Origin: Mobula hypostoma
Lineage: Eukaryota
Direction of reading: 5' to 3'
DNA length: 64,000 nucleotides
NCBI RefSeq assembly: GCF_963921235.1
Contig: NC_086108.1
Location: forward strand, 61,692,001 to 61,756,000
Shown: positions 12,766 through 24,648 of the stretch, one piece after another
Layout of the letters: every line of letters begins with the position of its first letter
Position numbering within the stretch: position 1 is the stretch's first letter
The notes under the pieces: generated by a model
Told to the model about the DNA's origin: nothing
Databases searched by the model: none
What the model saw: only the letters and a program-made list of their open reading frames with translations
Position numbers and translations under genes: made by a program

Positions 12766-13329
12766 ACTGTTGATGTTTATTCAAAAGAATCTTGGCCAAA
12801 AACTGGCAGTAATTCGTGAGTAGAAGTCCACCAGACTAATTCATATGATCTTAGCTGCAATCGGCTTTTGGCTGAATCAGGCTGTCAGAGCAAAGTTTTA
12901 TTAAAATCATTGGAAAGTGTCATGGAAACTCAATTTGTGCTGGACATAACCTGCTCTTGAAATTCTTCAACCTTTCGCTGTAGGGCTGATTATGAATGAA
13001 TTGTGCTGGAAATGCTGCAGTACAGCAGAAATTGTGGTGAAAGCATGGCAGAGAATTGTTACTGACAGGCATGATGGAAATAAACTAACTACAGAAGCAA
13101 AAGGAATGAATTGACAGGGAATTGCTGATTCCTATAGTGTGTGCAAAATGCAAAATATTTGTTGTTATTTGCTGTTTTGGGAGGCGAGGACATAATAGTG
13201 CTACAAATAGGGTTACTTTCAGTAAGCCGTACAGTGGATATTCCATGTAACCTTATATATGAATAAAATCATACTCAAGTAAAATTTAAATATAGGATAA
13301 ACCAGAATCTAGGTTGACATTTAAGGAAA

Positions 13330-13645
13330 TGCTGAATTAGTGCTTCTTTACTTTGAAGGAAACATTATCTCAAGGCCCCATCTGCTCTGTTGATGGGCAA
13401 TAAGGATCCAATACCACAATTTGAAGAAGAGCATGAGGTAACTCAATGGCCAAAATCTGTGCCTGACCCAGTGTTCCTAACTGAAACATCCCGACAATTA
13501 TCTCATTTCTGTTTGTGAGACCCTAGTCTATACAAATTGATTTTGACTGTGTTACAACAATGACTACTCTTCAAAGCTATCTAATTAAGGGTGAATTGCT
13601 TTGATATATCCTGAGAACATAATAAATCCAGGCTCTTTCTTCATA
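13330..13645 (+). mobile_element. Ancient Deu-domain SINE (SacSINE1/AmnSINE1-like)
   Basis: 'aaggccccatctgc..ggatccaataccacaatttgaagaagagca..attatctcatttctgtttgtgagacc..ttacaacaatgactactcttcaaag' matches the Deu domain, followed by an L2-type tail. Confidence 0.7.
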
Positions 13646-13699
13646 TTTTTATTAATTTTTTTTATCCTCTGCTTAAGGTAGCAGCTCTTGTTTGTACAC

Positions 13700-14040
13700 A
13701 CCACCCCTCAGGCACCTCAGTCATAATGCCTCCAAATTAGAATTCCCACGTGTGTTTAAATCTCTCCATAGCTTTGATCCTTGCTATCTCTGAAGCTTCC
13801 TCTATCCCAGCAGCCAAAATTCATTTCTCTGATAGTGTCTCTAGTCCCTTCACCATCACATTGGCAACACTGCTTTTGCCTGTTTGATCTCATGCTCTGG
13901 AACATCTTTCCTTAAACCTTTTACCTCTACGTCGTTTCTCTCTCCTCCTACAGGAACTTTCTCACAGTCTGCCTCTTTGCCTAAACCTTTGTTCACCTCT
14001 CCTAATAACAGTTTTTTTGGATTAAGGCTAATCTTTCAAA
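13700..14040 (+). mobile_element. L2 LINE 3' ORF remnant
   Basis: Decayed VFKSLH..PCYL and ..LWNxxPKP.. segments of the L2 C-terminus. Confidence 0.55.
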
Positions 14041-14859
14041 TTAGATTTCAAATATATTTTTAGACTTTTTATTGGTACAAAATATTTATAATTAAAGTGG
14101 CATTATTGGTGGTATTATCTCTTCACCAAGTCAATATATATTTTTAAGTTCCTCTCTGGAGAATAGATATTCCTCAGAATTACCACAGTGTTTCCCTTTT
14201 AATATTTCACAAAGATTATGGTTGTTTAATTGTATTTCTTTTTTAACTATTCATTCAAATTTTCTTAAAACATATTTATACTTCCACAGATTTGTCCACC
14301 TACACCTTCCCCACAGGGTTTGTCCCAGTTCTGTCGCTCTCTTTCTTCTGCTATTAGTCTCTGACCTGCTTCTGCTTTCCAATTTTAAGCTGTCCTAGTT
14401 CTTGTTCCTCACTGCTTCTCTCATTTTTTAGAACTCCAGCATGTATTCTGCCTTTGGCTTTGGCTCAGTTCCCCCACGTTCTGCTTCCTTTATCGTTTGG
14501 CTTCAGACCAGCTCCACTGAATTCATTTTCTTTTTTTTTCATTCCCTTGGCTGTTCCTCAGCTCAGTTATGCTCCCCTTTACTTCTCCCACCATAGACTC
14601 AATTTATCCCATTACTTAGCCCTCTCAGCTTGGCCTGCTGTTGTTTGAGTAATTGGATCTGCTTTATTTTACTTTACTTTTTAAACTACATAAAGCTATT
14701 GCAATAACCATATTTTTTTTAAAAAAGTGAAAAAATGTAGCAGAGGCATGAAACAGATGGATGAAAGAATGATTGATTATTAGGCAAATTAAATAAAAAA
14801 CTACACTCACAATAAAAGAATAGTTTTATAATGAAAGGAAGTCAATTGTACAAGAACTG

Positions 14860-15605
14860 CTACAGCTGGAAAAAGAGAGAAAATTACAGGGCAGTCAACC
14901 TGACATCAGTCATTGAGAAACTGTTTGAATCTGTTATTAAGGAAGTGGAAAGACTGCACTTAGAAAATTGTAAAAGGATTAAGTACAGTCAGTGTGGTTT
15001 TATGAAAGGGCAATCATGTTTGACAAATCTCAGGATGGAGTTTTAGAGAATGCAGCCAGCAGACTAAATAAAATAGCAAGTATTGAATGTAATGTGTCTA
15101 GATTTCCACATTTATAAGGTGCTGTACAGCACTCTATTACATAAAAGGTTTTGTTGGGATGCTGGTGTTATCTTACCATGGATAAATAATTGGTCAATAG
15201 ATAGAAAATGGTTTATTTCCAGGTTTCAAGGTGGAAAAGTAAACGCTGTTGATGATGATAACGCAAGCGATCTATGGAGATGTGTGTGCAGGTAGATGGG
15301 TTATAAGGTGCAGATTATTGACACTATTCAATGTGATAGGAAATTTGAATAAACAGAACTTTTTTAAACTCATAGGAAATTAACAATGGTATTCAGTAAG
15401 ATTTGGATGATTGTAAATAGAACTACAACAATCCATTAGGAAACCAGATGACATGTTTTCATTTAATACAAGAAGTTGAGTTGAAGATTAAGGAAGTCTG
15501 CATAAAGATCTACAGACCATACCCGGAGTACTATAAGTGGTTTTGAACCAGATACCCAAGGATAGATTTACTGTCTTGGAGGCAATGCAAGATTAGTTTA
15601 CCACC
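14860..15605 (+). mobile_element. Old CR1 RT remnant
   Basis: NYRAVNLTSV..QCGFMKGQSCLTNL..LDF motifs. Confidence 0.75.
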
Positions 15606-15970
15606 ACCAATTGAATTTAATTACTAAATGAAGTTTTTTAAAATGTTATTCAATTGAAAATTGATTCTTCCTGGAGTGAAACTCTGGCATGAGCTATGTC
15701 TGCAATCCCTGAACCATTTCCATACCACAATCCCTCAGGATGACTTCTATCATTATAAAACAACCTTTCTGCAAAATTGCAGGAAAACATGGAACACATG
15801 GGCCAGGGGCTACCATTCATTAGACACACACAGCATGACACCTGCCAACCTCAAAAAGAACACCTTACCTCATACCTCCAGCTTTCCTACCAACCTAACC
15901 TGTGCACTTTTCAGTCTCATAACATTTTTATGTTAAATACATGATTTATAGAGACCAGGGACTATAGATT

Positions 15971-16567
15971 TAGAAACATAGAAAATAGGTGCAGGAGTAG
16001 GCCATTCAGCCCTTCGAGCCTGCACCGCCGTTCAGTATGATCATGGCTGATCATCCAACTCAGAACCCTGTACCTGCCTTCTCTCCATACTCCTTGATCC
16101 CTTTAGCCACAAGGGCCATATCTAACTCCCTCTTAAATATAGCCGATGAACTGGCCTCAACTGTTTCCTGTGGCAGAGAATTCCACAGATTCACTACTCT
16201 CTGTGTGAAGAAGTTTTTCCTAATCTCGGTCCTAAAAGGCTTCCCCTTTATCCTCAAACTGTGACCCCTCGTTCTGGACTTCCCCAACATCGGGAACAAT
16301 CTTCCTGCATCTAGCCTGTCCAATCCCTTTAGGATTTTATACGTTTCAATCAGATCCCCCCTCAATCTTCTAAATTCCAACGAGTATAAGCCTAGTTCAT
16401 CCAGTCTTTCATCATATGAAAGTCCTGCCATCCCAAGAATCAATCTGGTGAACCTTCTTTGTACTCCCTCTATGGCAAGGATGTCTTTCCTCAGATTAGG
16501 AGACCAAAACTGCACACAATACTCCAGGTGTAGTCTCACCAAGGCCTTGTACAACTGCAGTACCACC
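15971..16567 (-). mobile_element. Young 5'-truncated CR1
   Basis: Uninterrupted 168-aa C-terminus [45 protein letters not shown]1 3' end with TTTCTATG-type repeat. Confidence 0.95.
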
Positions 16568-17289
16568 TCCAGGAAAGTTAGTCTGAGGTTTTTAAGCTCG
16601 ATGGTTGCAGAGAGCTGTTTTCTGCAGGGAAGTCGGGGTAAAATGTATTCCTCTTATAATTGACGCGAGGAGAAATTTCTTTTCTCACAGTTTATTGGAA
16701 CTTTGAATTTCTCTACTCCAAATATGCAAAGATGTGATTGATGGACTTTTGGGCATGGAATGAATCAAGAGATAAGGAGAACCCCAGGTGGGTTATGAAG
16801 TTTGTACTTGAGGATAAACCTCATGGTCTATTCTGCTTCTAACTCTCATATCATAATGAAACAAAGTTCATTTAAATTAAAATGCAAGCAACCAGAAAGT
16901 AGAAGTTTACAGTAGAAACAAGAGTCTTCAATTAAGCAACATGTTAACAAGGTATGTTATAACTATGTAAAATTTTTCAATATTTGTAGAGATATTACCT
17001 ATCATAAAATTAAATTACTTCCCAGGCACTTTTGCCAAACTTGGTCCAATTGTTATGGATATCTCCTTGGAGACCCAAGTTTGCTCACTACATCATTTGT
17101 AGAATTGTGTCTTGTACTGACTTAATTTTCTGCTTCAGGACAGCTGCAAACACATTTCAAATAAAAAAGCAGATGGTACTTAAATATTTAAGAACAGAAT
17201 TTATTTCTATATCTTTGCCAAACCAATTATACTTTTACAATTCACCTCAACTGCAAAAAAGTATATTTTTAAATACATAATATTATACA

Positions 17290-17540
17290 TTCACCCTCTG
17301 CCATCCGATTCCTAAATGGACATTGAACCCATGAACACTACATCACTTTCTTAATAGATATTATTTCTGTTTTTGCACGATTTTTAATCTATTCAATGTA
17401 CATATACTCTAATTGATTTACTTATTTATTTATTTTGACTTTTTTTTTCTTCTGTATTATGTATTGCATTGAACTGCTGCTGCTAAGTTAACAAATTTCA
17501 CAATACATGCTGGTGATTACAAACCTGATTCTGATTCTGA
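17290..17540 (+). mobile_element. Rex1/Babar-type 3' tail
   Basis: 'ccctctgccatccgattcctaaatggac..aaacctgattctgattctga'. Confidence 0.6.
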
Positions 17541-17574
17541 CATTATATACTATGGGACACACAGCAGTTTATGG

Positions 17575-17995
17575 GAGCAGCACTGTAATGTAGTGGTTAG
17601 TATAATGAATAATAGGTTCTTGGTTAGCCAGGGCATCAAAGGGAATGGGGTGAAAGCAGGGGAGTGGGAATGACTGGAAGAATTGGATCAGCCCATGATT
17701 GAATGGCGGAGCAGTCTCGATGGGCCGAATGGCCTACTTCTGCTCCTCTAGCTTATCGTCTTATAACAACATTACAGCACTAGCCACCTGGGTTCATTTA
17801 CTGCTGATGCCTGTAAGGACTTTGTACCTTCTCCCTTTGACTGCATGGGTTTCCTCAGGGTGCTCTGGTTTCCTCCCACATTCCAAAGACGGATGGGGCA
17901 GTAGGTTAATTGGTCACATGGGTGTAATTGGGTGGCACGGGCTCGATAGCTGAAAAGATCTGTCACTGTTGTGTATCTCTAAATAAAAATAAAAT
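17575..17995 (+). mobile_element. V-SINE (HE1-like) split by a ~150-bp CR1 3' end (~17615-17765)
   Basis: SINE head GTAGTGGTTAG, then a CR1 tail (GGCCTACTTCTGCTCC), then the rest of the SINE with GGTTTCCTCCCACA and an A-rich tail. Confidence 0.8.
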
Positions 17996-18047
17996 TTAAA
18001 AATCCTCAATTTTTGTTTGAATTACTTCGCTAAAACTCATGAATGAG

Positions 18048-21000
18048 CAGTAAGTACTGTATACCCCTTGGATACTCCTGGGGGTGGGGGGGGGGATGAC
18101 CTATTAAGGCACAGCAGCTGCAGCCAGGCTAGTGGCACTGTAGCCAGCTCTGAAGCTCAGTAGGGAAGGGTAAAGTCGGGCAGAGCAGTACTGATAGGAG
18201 ACTCCATAGTTAGGGGGACGGACAGGAGATTCTGTGACTGCAAAAGAGAAACCAGGATGGAGTGTTGCTTCCGAGGTACTGGGGTCCAGGATGTCTGAGA
18301 AGCTGCAGAAGATTCTCAAGCGGGAGGGTAAGCAGCTAGAAATCGTGGTGCATATTGGTACTAACGACATAGGCAGTGAGAATAGGGAGGTAGGGAAAAA
18401 GGCTGAAGAACAGGACCTCCAAGATGGTAATCTCTATATTATTACCAGTGCCACATGCTAGTCAGGGCAGGAATAGGATGGCAGTACAGATGAAAGAGTG
18501 GCTGAGGGAGTGGTGTAGGGGGCAGGGTTTCAGGTTCTTGAATCATTGGAATCTCTTCTGGGGAAGATTTGACCTGTACAAAAAGGACAGATTATATCTA
18601 AATCTGAGGTTGGACCACTATCACAGAGGGCAGGTTTGCTGCTGTTGGGGAGGGTTTAAACTAAGATGGCAGCAGATTGGGAAACTAAGTGATGGGACAG
18701 TTGATATACAAATCAATGCAGTGTGTAGGGAGACCATGAGGATGGACAGGAAGATGATAGGGCAAAATTACAGTCAGTGGGATCAGTTGGAGTGTAACTT
18801 GGGGGCAAAATTTAAAAGGGTGATTAATAGAGGGCTGAAGCTGTTATATTTGAATGCATCCAGTATAAGGAAAAAGGTAGGTTATCTTGTAGCACAATTA
18901 GAGATTGGCAGATGTGATGTTGAGGGCTTCACTGAGTCGTGGCTGAAAGAAGATCATAGTTGGGACCTTAAAGTACATAGATACACCTTGTATCAAAAGG
19001 ACTCGCAGGTAGGCAGAGGGGGTGGCTCTGTGGGTAAAAAATGAAATCAAATCTTAGAAAGAGGTGACATATGATCAGAAGATGCAGAATCCTTGTGGGT
19101 AGAGTTAAAGGTAAAAAGACCCTGATGGGAGTTATATACAGGCCTCCAAACAGTAGCCAGGATGTGGGATATAAATTTCAAAGAGAAATACAAAAGGCAT
19201 ATAATAAGGGCAATGTTACAATAGTCATTGGGGATTTTAATATGCAGGTAGATTGGGAAAATCAGATTGGTTCTGAATCACAAGAGAAAATATGTAGAAT
19301 GCCCATCAGATGGCTTTTTAGAGCAGCTTATGGTTGAGGCCACAAGGGGAAAGGCAATTCTGGGTTGGATGTTGTGTAATGAACAAGATTTGATTATGAA
19401 GTTTAATTTAAAGGAACCCTTATTACAAGGTGATCATAATATGATAGAATTCATGTTGCAGTTTGAGAGGGAAAAGGTAAGGTCAGGTCTATCAATATTA
19501 CAGTGGAGTAAAGGGAATTACAGAGGCATCAGGGAAGAGCTGGCCAAAGTTAATTGGAGGGGGTTACTAGGAAGGATGATGGCAGAACAGTATCGGCTGG
19601 AGTTTCAGGGGACAATTCAGAAGGCACAGGAAAAATACATCCCAAAGATGAAGAAGTATTCTAAAAAGAGAATGAAGCGACAGAGACTGACAAGGGAAAT
19701 CAAAACCACATAAAAGCAAACAGAGCATAAAATGAAGAAAAAAATAGTGGAAAGTTAAGAAGATTGAAAAGCTTTTAAAAACAAACAGAAGGAAACTTTA
19801 AAAAAAAATAAGGAGAGGAAAATGAAATATGAAGTTAAGCTAACCAAAATATCAAAAAGAATACCAAAAGATTTTTCAGGTATATAAAGAGTAAAAGAGA
19901 GGCAAGAGTGGATATTGGACCGCTACGAAATGAAGTTGGAGAAGTAGTACTGGGGGACAAAGAAATGGTGGATGAACTGAATAAGTATTTTGCATCAATC
20001 TTCACAGTATTTTCTTGGAAAATATCATCAGTATGCCAGAAATTCAAGAATGTCAGGGGCAGAAGTGTAGTTGCTGTTACGAAGAAGAAGGTATTTAGGA
20101 CGCTGAAAGGTCTGAAGGTAGATAAGTCACCTGGACCAGATAGACTGCATCCCAAGAATCTGAAAGAAGAAGCTGAAGAGATTGTGGAGGCATTAGTAAT
20201 GGTCTTTCAAGAATCACTAGATTCTGGAGGACTGGAAAATTGTAAATGTTACTCCACTCTTTAAGAAGGGAGAAAGGTAGAAGAAAGGAAATTATAGGCC
20301 AGTTAGCCTGACTTCAGTGATTGTGAAGATGTTGGAGTCCATTATTAAGGGTGAGATTTCAGGTAATTGGATACACATGATAAAATAGGCCAAAATCACC
20401 ACGGTTTTCTAAAGGGGAAACCTTGTCCGACAAATCTATTGGAATTCTTTGAGGAAAGAACAGCCAGGATAGACAAAGGAGAATCAGTGGATGATGTTTA
20501 TTTGGATTTTCAGAAGGCTTTTGACAAGGTGCCACACATGAGGCTGCTTAAGAAGGTAAGAGCCCATGGAATTACAGGAAAAAGACTAGCATGGGTAGAA
20601 GATTGCTGATTGGCAGGAGGAAAACAGTCAGAATAAAGGGCACCTATTCTGGTTGGCTGCTGGTAATTAGTGGTGTTCCGTAGGGGTCAGTGTTGGGCCC
20701 ACTTCTTTTCATATTATATGTCAATGATTTGGATGACAGAATTGATAGCTTTGTGGCCAGGTCTGCAGATGATACAAAGGTAGGTGGAGGGGTAGGCAGT
20801 GTTGAGGAAGCAGGGTATATGCAGAAGGACTTAGATAGACTTGGAGAATGGACAAAGTAGTGGCCAATTGAACATAGCGAAGGGAAGTGGATTGTCATGC
20901 ACTGTGGTAGAAGGAATAAAGGCATAGTCTATTTTCTAAACAGGGAGAAAATTCAACAATTAGAGATGCAAAAGGACTTGAGTTCTTGTGCAGGATTCCC

Positions 21001-21680
21001 TAAAGACTAACATGCAGTTTGAGTTGGTGGTAAGGAAGGCAAATACAATATTAGCATTCATTTTGAGAGGAGTAGAATATATTAGGAAGGGTGTGATGCT
21101 CAGGCTTTATAAGGTATTGGTCAGACTGCAATTTGAGTATTGTGAGCAGTTTTGGACCCTTTTTGAAGAAGAGATGTATTGGCATTGGAGAGAGTCCAGA
21201 GGTTGTCCATGGGTGTGATGACAGAAATAAAAGGGTTAATTTATGAGAAATTTTTGATGGCCCTGGTCCTGTGCTCAATGGAGTTTAGAAGAATGAGGGG
21301 GATCTCATTTAAACCTATTGAACACTGAAAGTCCTAGACAGATTGGATGTGGAGGGTATGTTTCCTATAATGTGTGAATCTCGGAATAGAAGGCATAGCC
21401 TCAGAATAGAGGGATGTCCATTTAGAGCAGAGATGAGAAGAAATTTATTTAGCCAGGGGGTGGTGAATCTGTGAAATTTATTGCCACTGGCAGCTGTGGA
21501 GGCCAAGTCATTGAGTATATTTAAAGCAGAGGTTAATAAGTAGTTGCTTAGTCAAGGGTTACAGGGAGAAGGCAGGAGAATGGGGTTGAGAGGGATAATA
21601 AATCAGCCATGATGGAATGTTGAAGCAGACTCGATAGGCCAAGTGATTTAATTCTGCTTCTAAGTCTTATGATCTTATGG
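18048..21680 (+). mobile_element. Near full-length decayed CR1 (ORF1 SGNH esterase; ORF2 endonuclease plus RT)
   Basis: IGDSIVRG and VVHIGTND (SGNH); LYLNASS, TESWL, YRPP, GDFN, DHN (APE endonuclease); SPGPD, LDFQKAFDKV, SADDTK (RT); CR1 3' tail. Many stops and frameshifts. Confidence 0.95.
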
Positions 21681-21821
21681 AACATTTTGTAACTTATTAA
21701 GAAATGTTACAAACTAATAAAATAAGGCAATGTATTTTATGTTAAGATTGCTTATATTCCAGAAATTGTTTATTGGAATAGATTCCTCTTTTTTAGCGTG
21801 TAAGTATGAACATCATTAGGA

Positions 21822-22468
21822 GACAACATAAGAGACTGCAGATGCTGGAATCTGCAGCAACAATCTGTCATGAACGCTCAGTGGGTCAAGCAATATCTGT
21901 GGCAGGAAATAAATTGTTGATATTTCAATTCAAAGCACTGCAGCAGGACTTAGGGTGAAGAGGGAAGATGGCCAGTACAAAGAGCAGAAGGTGAGTGGTG
22001 AGATAGAAGTCTGTGGACTGAGAAAAGGTGTAGGTTGTGCCAGGGAGGGGACAGAGCGAGGCTGGAGTTGGGAACCAGTGGCAGATGAATGCTAAACGGA
22101 GGCAGTGAAAGAGGGAGATAGAAAAAATTAAGAGGCAAATGGAGCAGCGTGGGAGAGAGGAGTGTGAAGGTTGGAGACAACTGCTGGAGGGGGACATGCA
22201 AGAACACAAAGAACTACCTGTGCTGGACTCTGAAGAATAAAGGGAACAATTAGGGGAGACGTGAATGGCCGAGGTGTCTTTTACTCTTAAACCCCTGCTC
22301 AGTCCGCGGATCATCTCGGAATCCTCTCTCACCACACTCCTCCGCCTCTATATACTGGCTATCTCACCTCTCCACTCTCAGTGTTCTTGCTAGTTTTGAC
22401 CCAAAACATTGACAATTCCTTTCCTTCCACTAAGCTGACTTCCCGCTGAGTTTCTCCAGCAGACTGTA
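21822..22468. mobile_element. Old Penelope-like element with inverted termini
   Basis: Left end 'ctgcagatgctggaatct..' (minus) and right end '..cccgctgagtttctccagca' (plus) resemble the younger Penelope termini at 23-24.5 kb. Confidence 0.6.
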
Positions 22469-23074
22469 ATGAACACTGTAAGGACTGCTGTGCAGGCAAT
22501 ACACCTAACCTGATTTCCACTAAATTGCCTGCTAATACTCAAGGGTAAATTTCCAAAGGCTACAGGTAATAAATAGTAGAAAAGAGGCATTGGGTGGAGA
22601 ATTGATTTAACCAGCCAATATTTTTTATCAAATTTTCATCACGAAGTGCCAGAATTGATCATTCATTTCCCAAATACAATATTCAAATGAAACAACAATG
22701 ACATTATGTGCATCCAGTTATGCAGTTGACAACAGAATAGCATCAAGTCACAGATGTGACCGTAAAAAATGTGTTTTTCAGGCTGCCAAGTGTTGTTTTA
22801 TATGTGAGTTTCAATTCAAAGAGATCTATTAGAATACACAAAAGGAGTTGTTTATCAAAATGTCAATACAAAGCTATTTTCAGTGGGACTTTCTAGGTGG
22901 GGACCCAATTCTACTGCGTAAGGGTAGTGCTGGAATTTATCTTGGGTAGAAGGACCTCGTCAATATAAATCCGCATTCACAATTAGATATTCAGAGATAA
23001 GTGAGTGAGTAACGGTAGCTTTATCCTCCCAGATATTTGTTAATTGAAGTCAGATGACACAACAAAGTTCAAAG

Positions 23075-23665
23075 TAACACACATAAAAGTTGTTGGTGAA
23101 CGCAGCAGGCCAGGCGGCATCTATAGGAAGAGGTGCAGTCGACGTTTCAGGCCGAGACCCTTCGTCAGGACTAACTGAAGGAAGAGCGAGTAAGGGATTT
23201 GAAAATTGGAGGGGGAGGGGGAGATCCAAAATGATAGGAGAAGACAGGAGGAGGAGGGATGGAGCCAAGAGCTGGACAGGTGATTGGCAAAAGGGGATAC
23301 GAGAGGATCATGGGACAGGAGGTCCGGAAAGAAAGACGGGGGGGCGAACCCAGAGGATGGGCAAGAGGTATAGTCAGAGGGACAGAGGGAGAAAAAGGAG
23401 AGTGAGAGAAAGAATGTGTGTATAAAAATAAGTAACAGATGGGGTACGAGGAGGAGGTGGGGCCTTAGTGGAAGTTAGAGAAGTCGATGTTCATGCCATC
23501 TGGTTGGAGGCTACCCAGACGGAATATAAGGTGTTGTTCCTCCAACCTGAGTGTGGCTTCATCTTTACAGTAGAGGAGGCCGTGGATAGACATGTCAGAA
23601 TGGGAATGGGATGTGGAATTAAAATGTGTGGCCACTGGGAGATCCTGCTTTCTCTGGCGGACAGA
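23075..23665 (-). mobile_element. Penelope-like element 3' part
   Basis: Minus strand encodes the GIY-YIG C-terminus ..RLEEQHLIFRLGSLQPDGMNIDFSNF, then a pyrimidine-rich UTR and a hammerhead motif. Confidence 0.9.
23136..23173 (-). ncRNA. Minimal type I hammerhead ribozyme (Penelope)
   Basis: UAGUC-CUGACGA-AGGGUCUCGGCCU-GAAAC-GUC-GACUG: intact core, stem I UAGUC/GACUG, palindromic ACGU stem III, GUC cleavage triplet. Confidence 0.75.
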
Positions 23666-23824
23666 ACAGAATTCCTGTTGTTAAAGTTCAATGTAAGTTT
23701 ACTATCAAAGTACATATATGTCTCCATAAACACAAGGAAACCTGCAGATGCTGGAAATTCAAGCAACACACATCAAAGTTGCTGGTGAATGCAGCAGGCC
23801 AGGCAGCATCTCTAGGAAGAGGTA

Positions 23825-23862
23825 CAGTCGACGTTTCAGGCCGAGACCCTTCATCAGGACTA
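23825..23862 (-). ncRNA. Minimal type I hammerhead ribozyme (Penelope)
   Basis: UAGUC-CUGAUGA-AGGGUCUCGGCCU-GAAAC-GUC-GACUG; canonical CUGAUGA core. Confidence 0.8.
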
Positions 23863-24442
23863 ACTGAAGGAAGAGATAGTAAGAGATTTGAAAGTGGGAG
23901 GGGGAGGGGGAGATCCAAAATGATAGCAGAAGACAGGAGAGGGAGGGATGAAGGATGAAGCTAAGAGCTGGAAAGTTGATTGGCAAAAGGGATACAAGGC
24001 TGGAGGCTACACCCCACCCCCCCGCCAGACGGAATATAAGGTGTTGTATAAGGTTGGAGAAACAACACCTTATATTCCGTCTGGGTAGCCTCCAACCTGA
24101 TGGCATGAAAATTGACTTCTCTAACTTCCGTTAATGCCCCTCCTCCCCTTCTTACCCCGTCCCTTATTTATTTATTTATTTATCTATTATTTTTTCCTTT
24201 TTTCTCTCTCTGTCCCTCTCACTATAACTCCTTGCCTGTTCTCCATCTTCCTCTGGTGCTCCCCTCCCCCTTTCTTTCTCCCTAGGCTTCCCGTCCCATG
24301 ATCCTCTCCCTCCTCCAGCCTTGTATCCCTTTTGCCAATCAACTTTCCAGCTCTTGGCTCCATCCCTCCCCCTCCTGTCTCCTCCTATCATTTCAAATAT
24401 CCCCCTCCCCCTCTCAAATCTCTTACTATCTCTTCTTTCAGT

Positions 24443-24480
24443 TAGTCCTGACGAAGGGTCTCGGCCCGAAACATCGACTG
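24443..24480 (+). ncRNA. Minimal hammerhead ribozyme variant (AUC triplet)
   Basis: UAGUC-CUGACGA-AGGGUCUCGGCCC-GAAAC-AUC-GACUG; the stem III palindrome is broken (ACGU to ACAU). Confidence 0.65.
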
Positions 24481-24648
24481 TACCTCTTCCTATAGATGCT
24501 GCCTGGCCTGCTGCATTCCACCAGTATTTTGTGTGTGTTGCTTATATGTCTCCATATACAACCCAGAGATTCATTTTCTTGCAGGCATACTCAATAAATC
24601 CATAAAAGAGTAATAACTGGAACAGTTATCCCCTTTTGGTTCAAGGTT

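Larger units (their letters stand above)
23729..24542. mobile_element. Fold-back (inverted) Penelope insertion
   Basis: Minus arm ~23729-24050 and plus arm ~24051-24542 (RLEKQHLIFRLGSLQPDGMKIDFSNFR*). 14-bp TSD TATATGTCTCCATA at 23715-23728 and 24543-24556. Confidence 0.9.

Noticed and set aside
15650..15841. Possible terminal exon on the minus strand
   Set aside because: No recognisable homology and no supporting upstream exons.
23050..24605. Repeated SPDEGSRPETST peptides as a small-protein family
   Set aside because: They are translations of the hammerhead-containing non-coding Penelope terminus.
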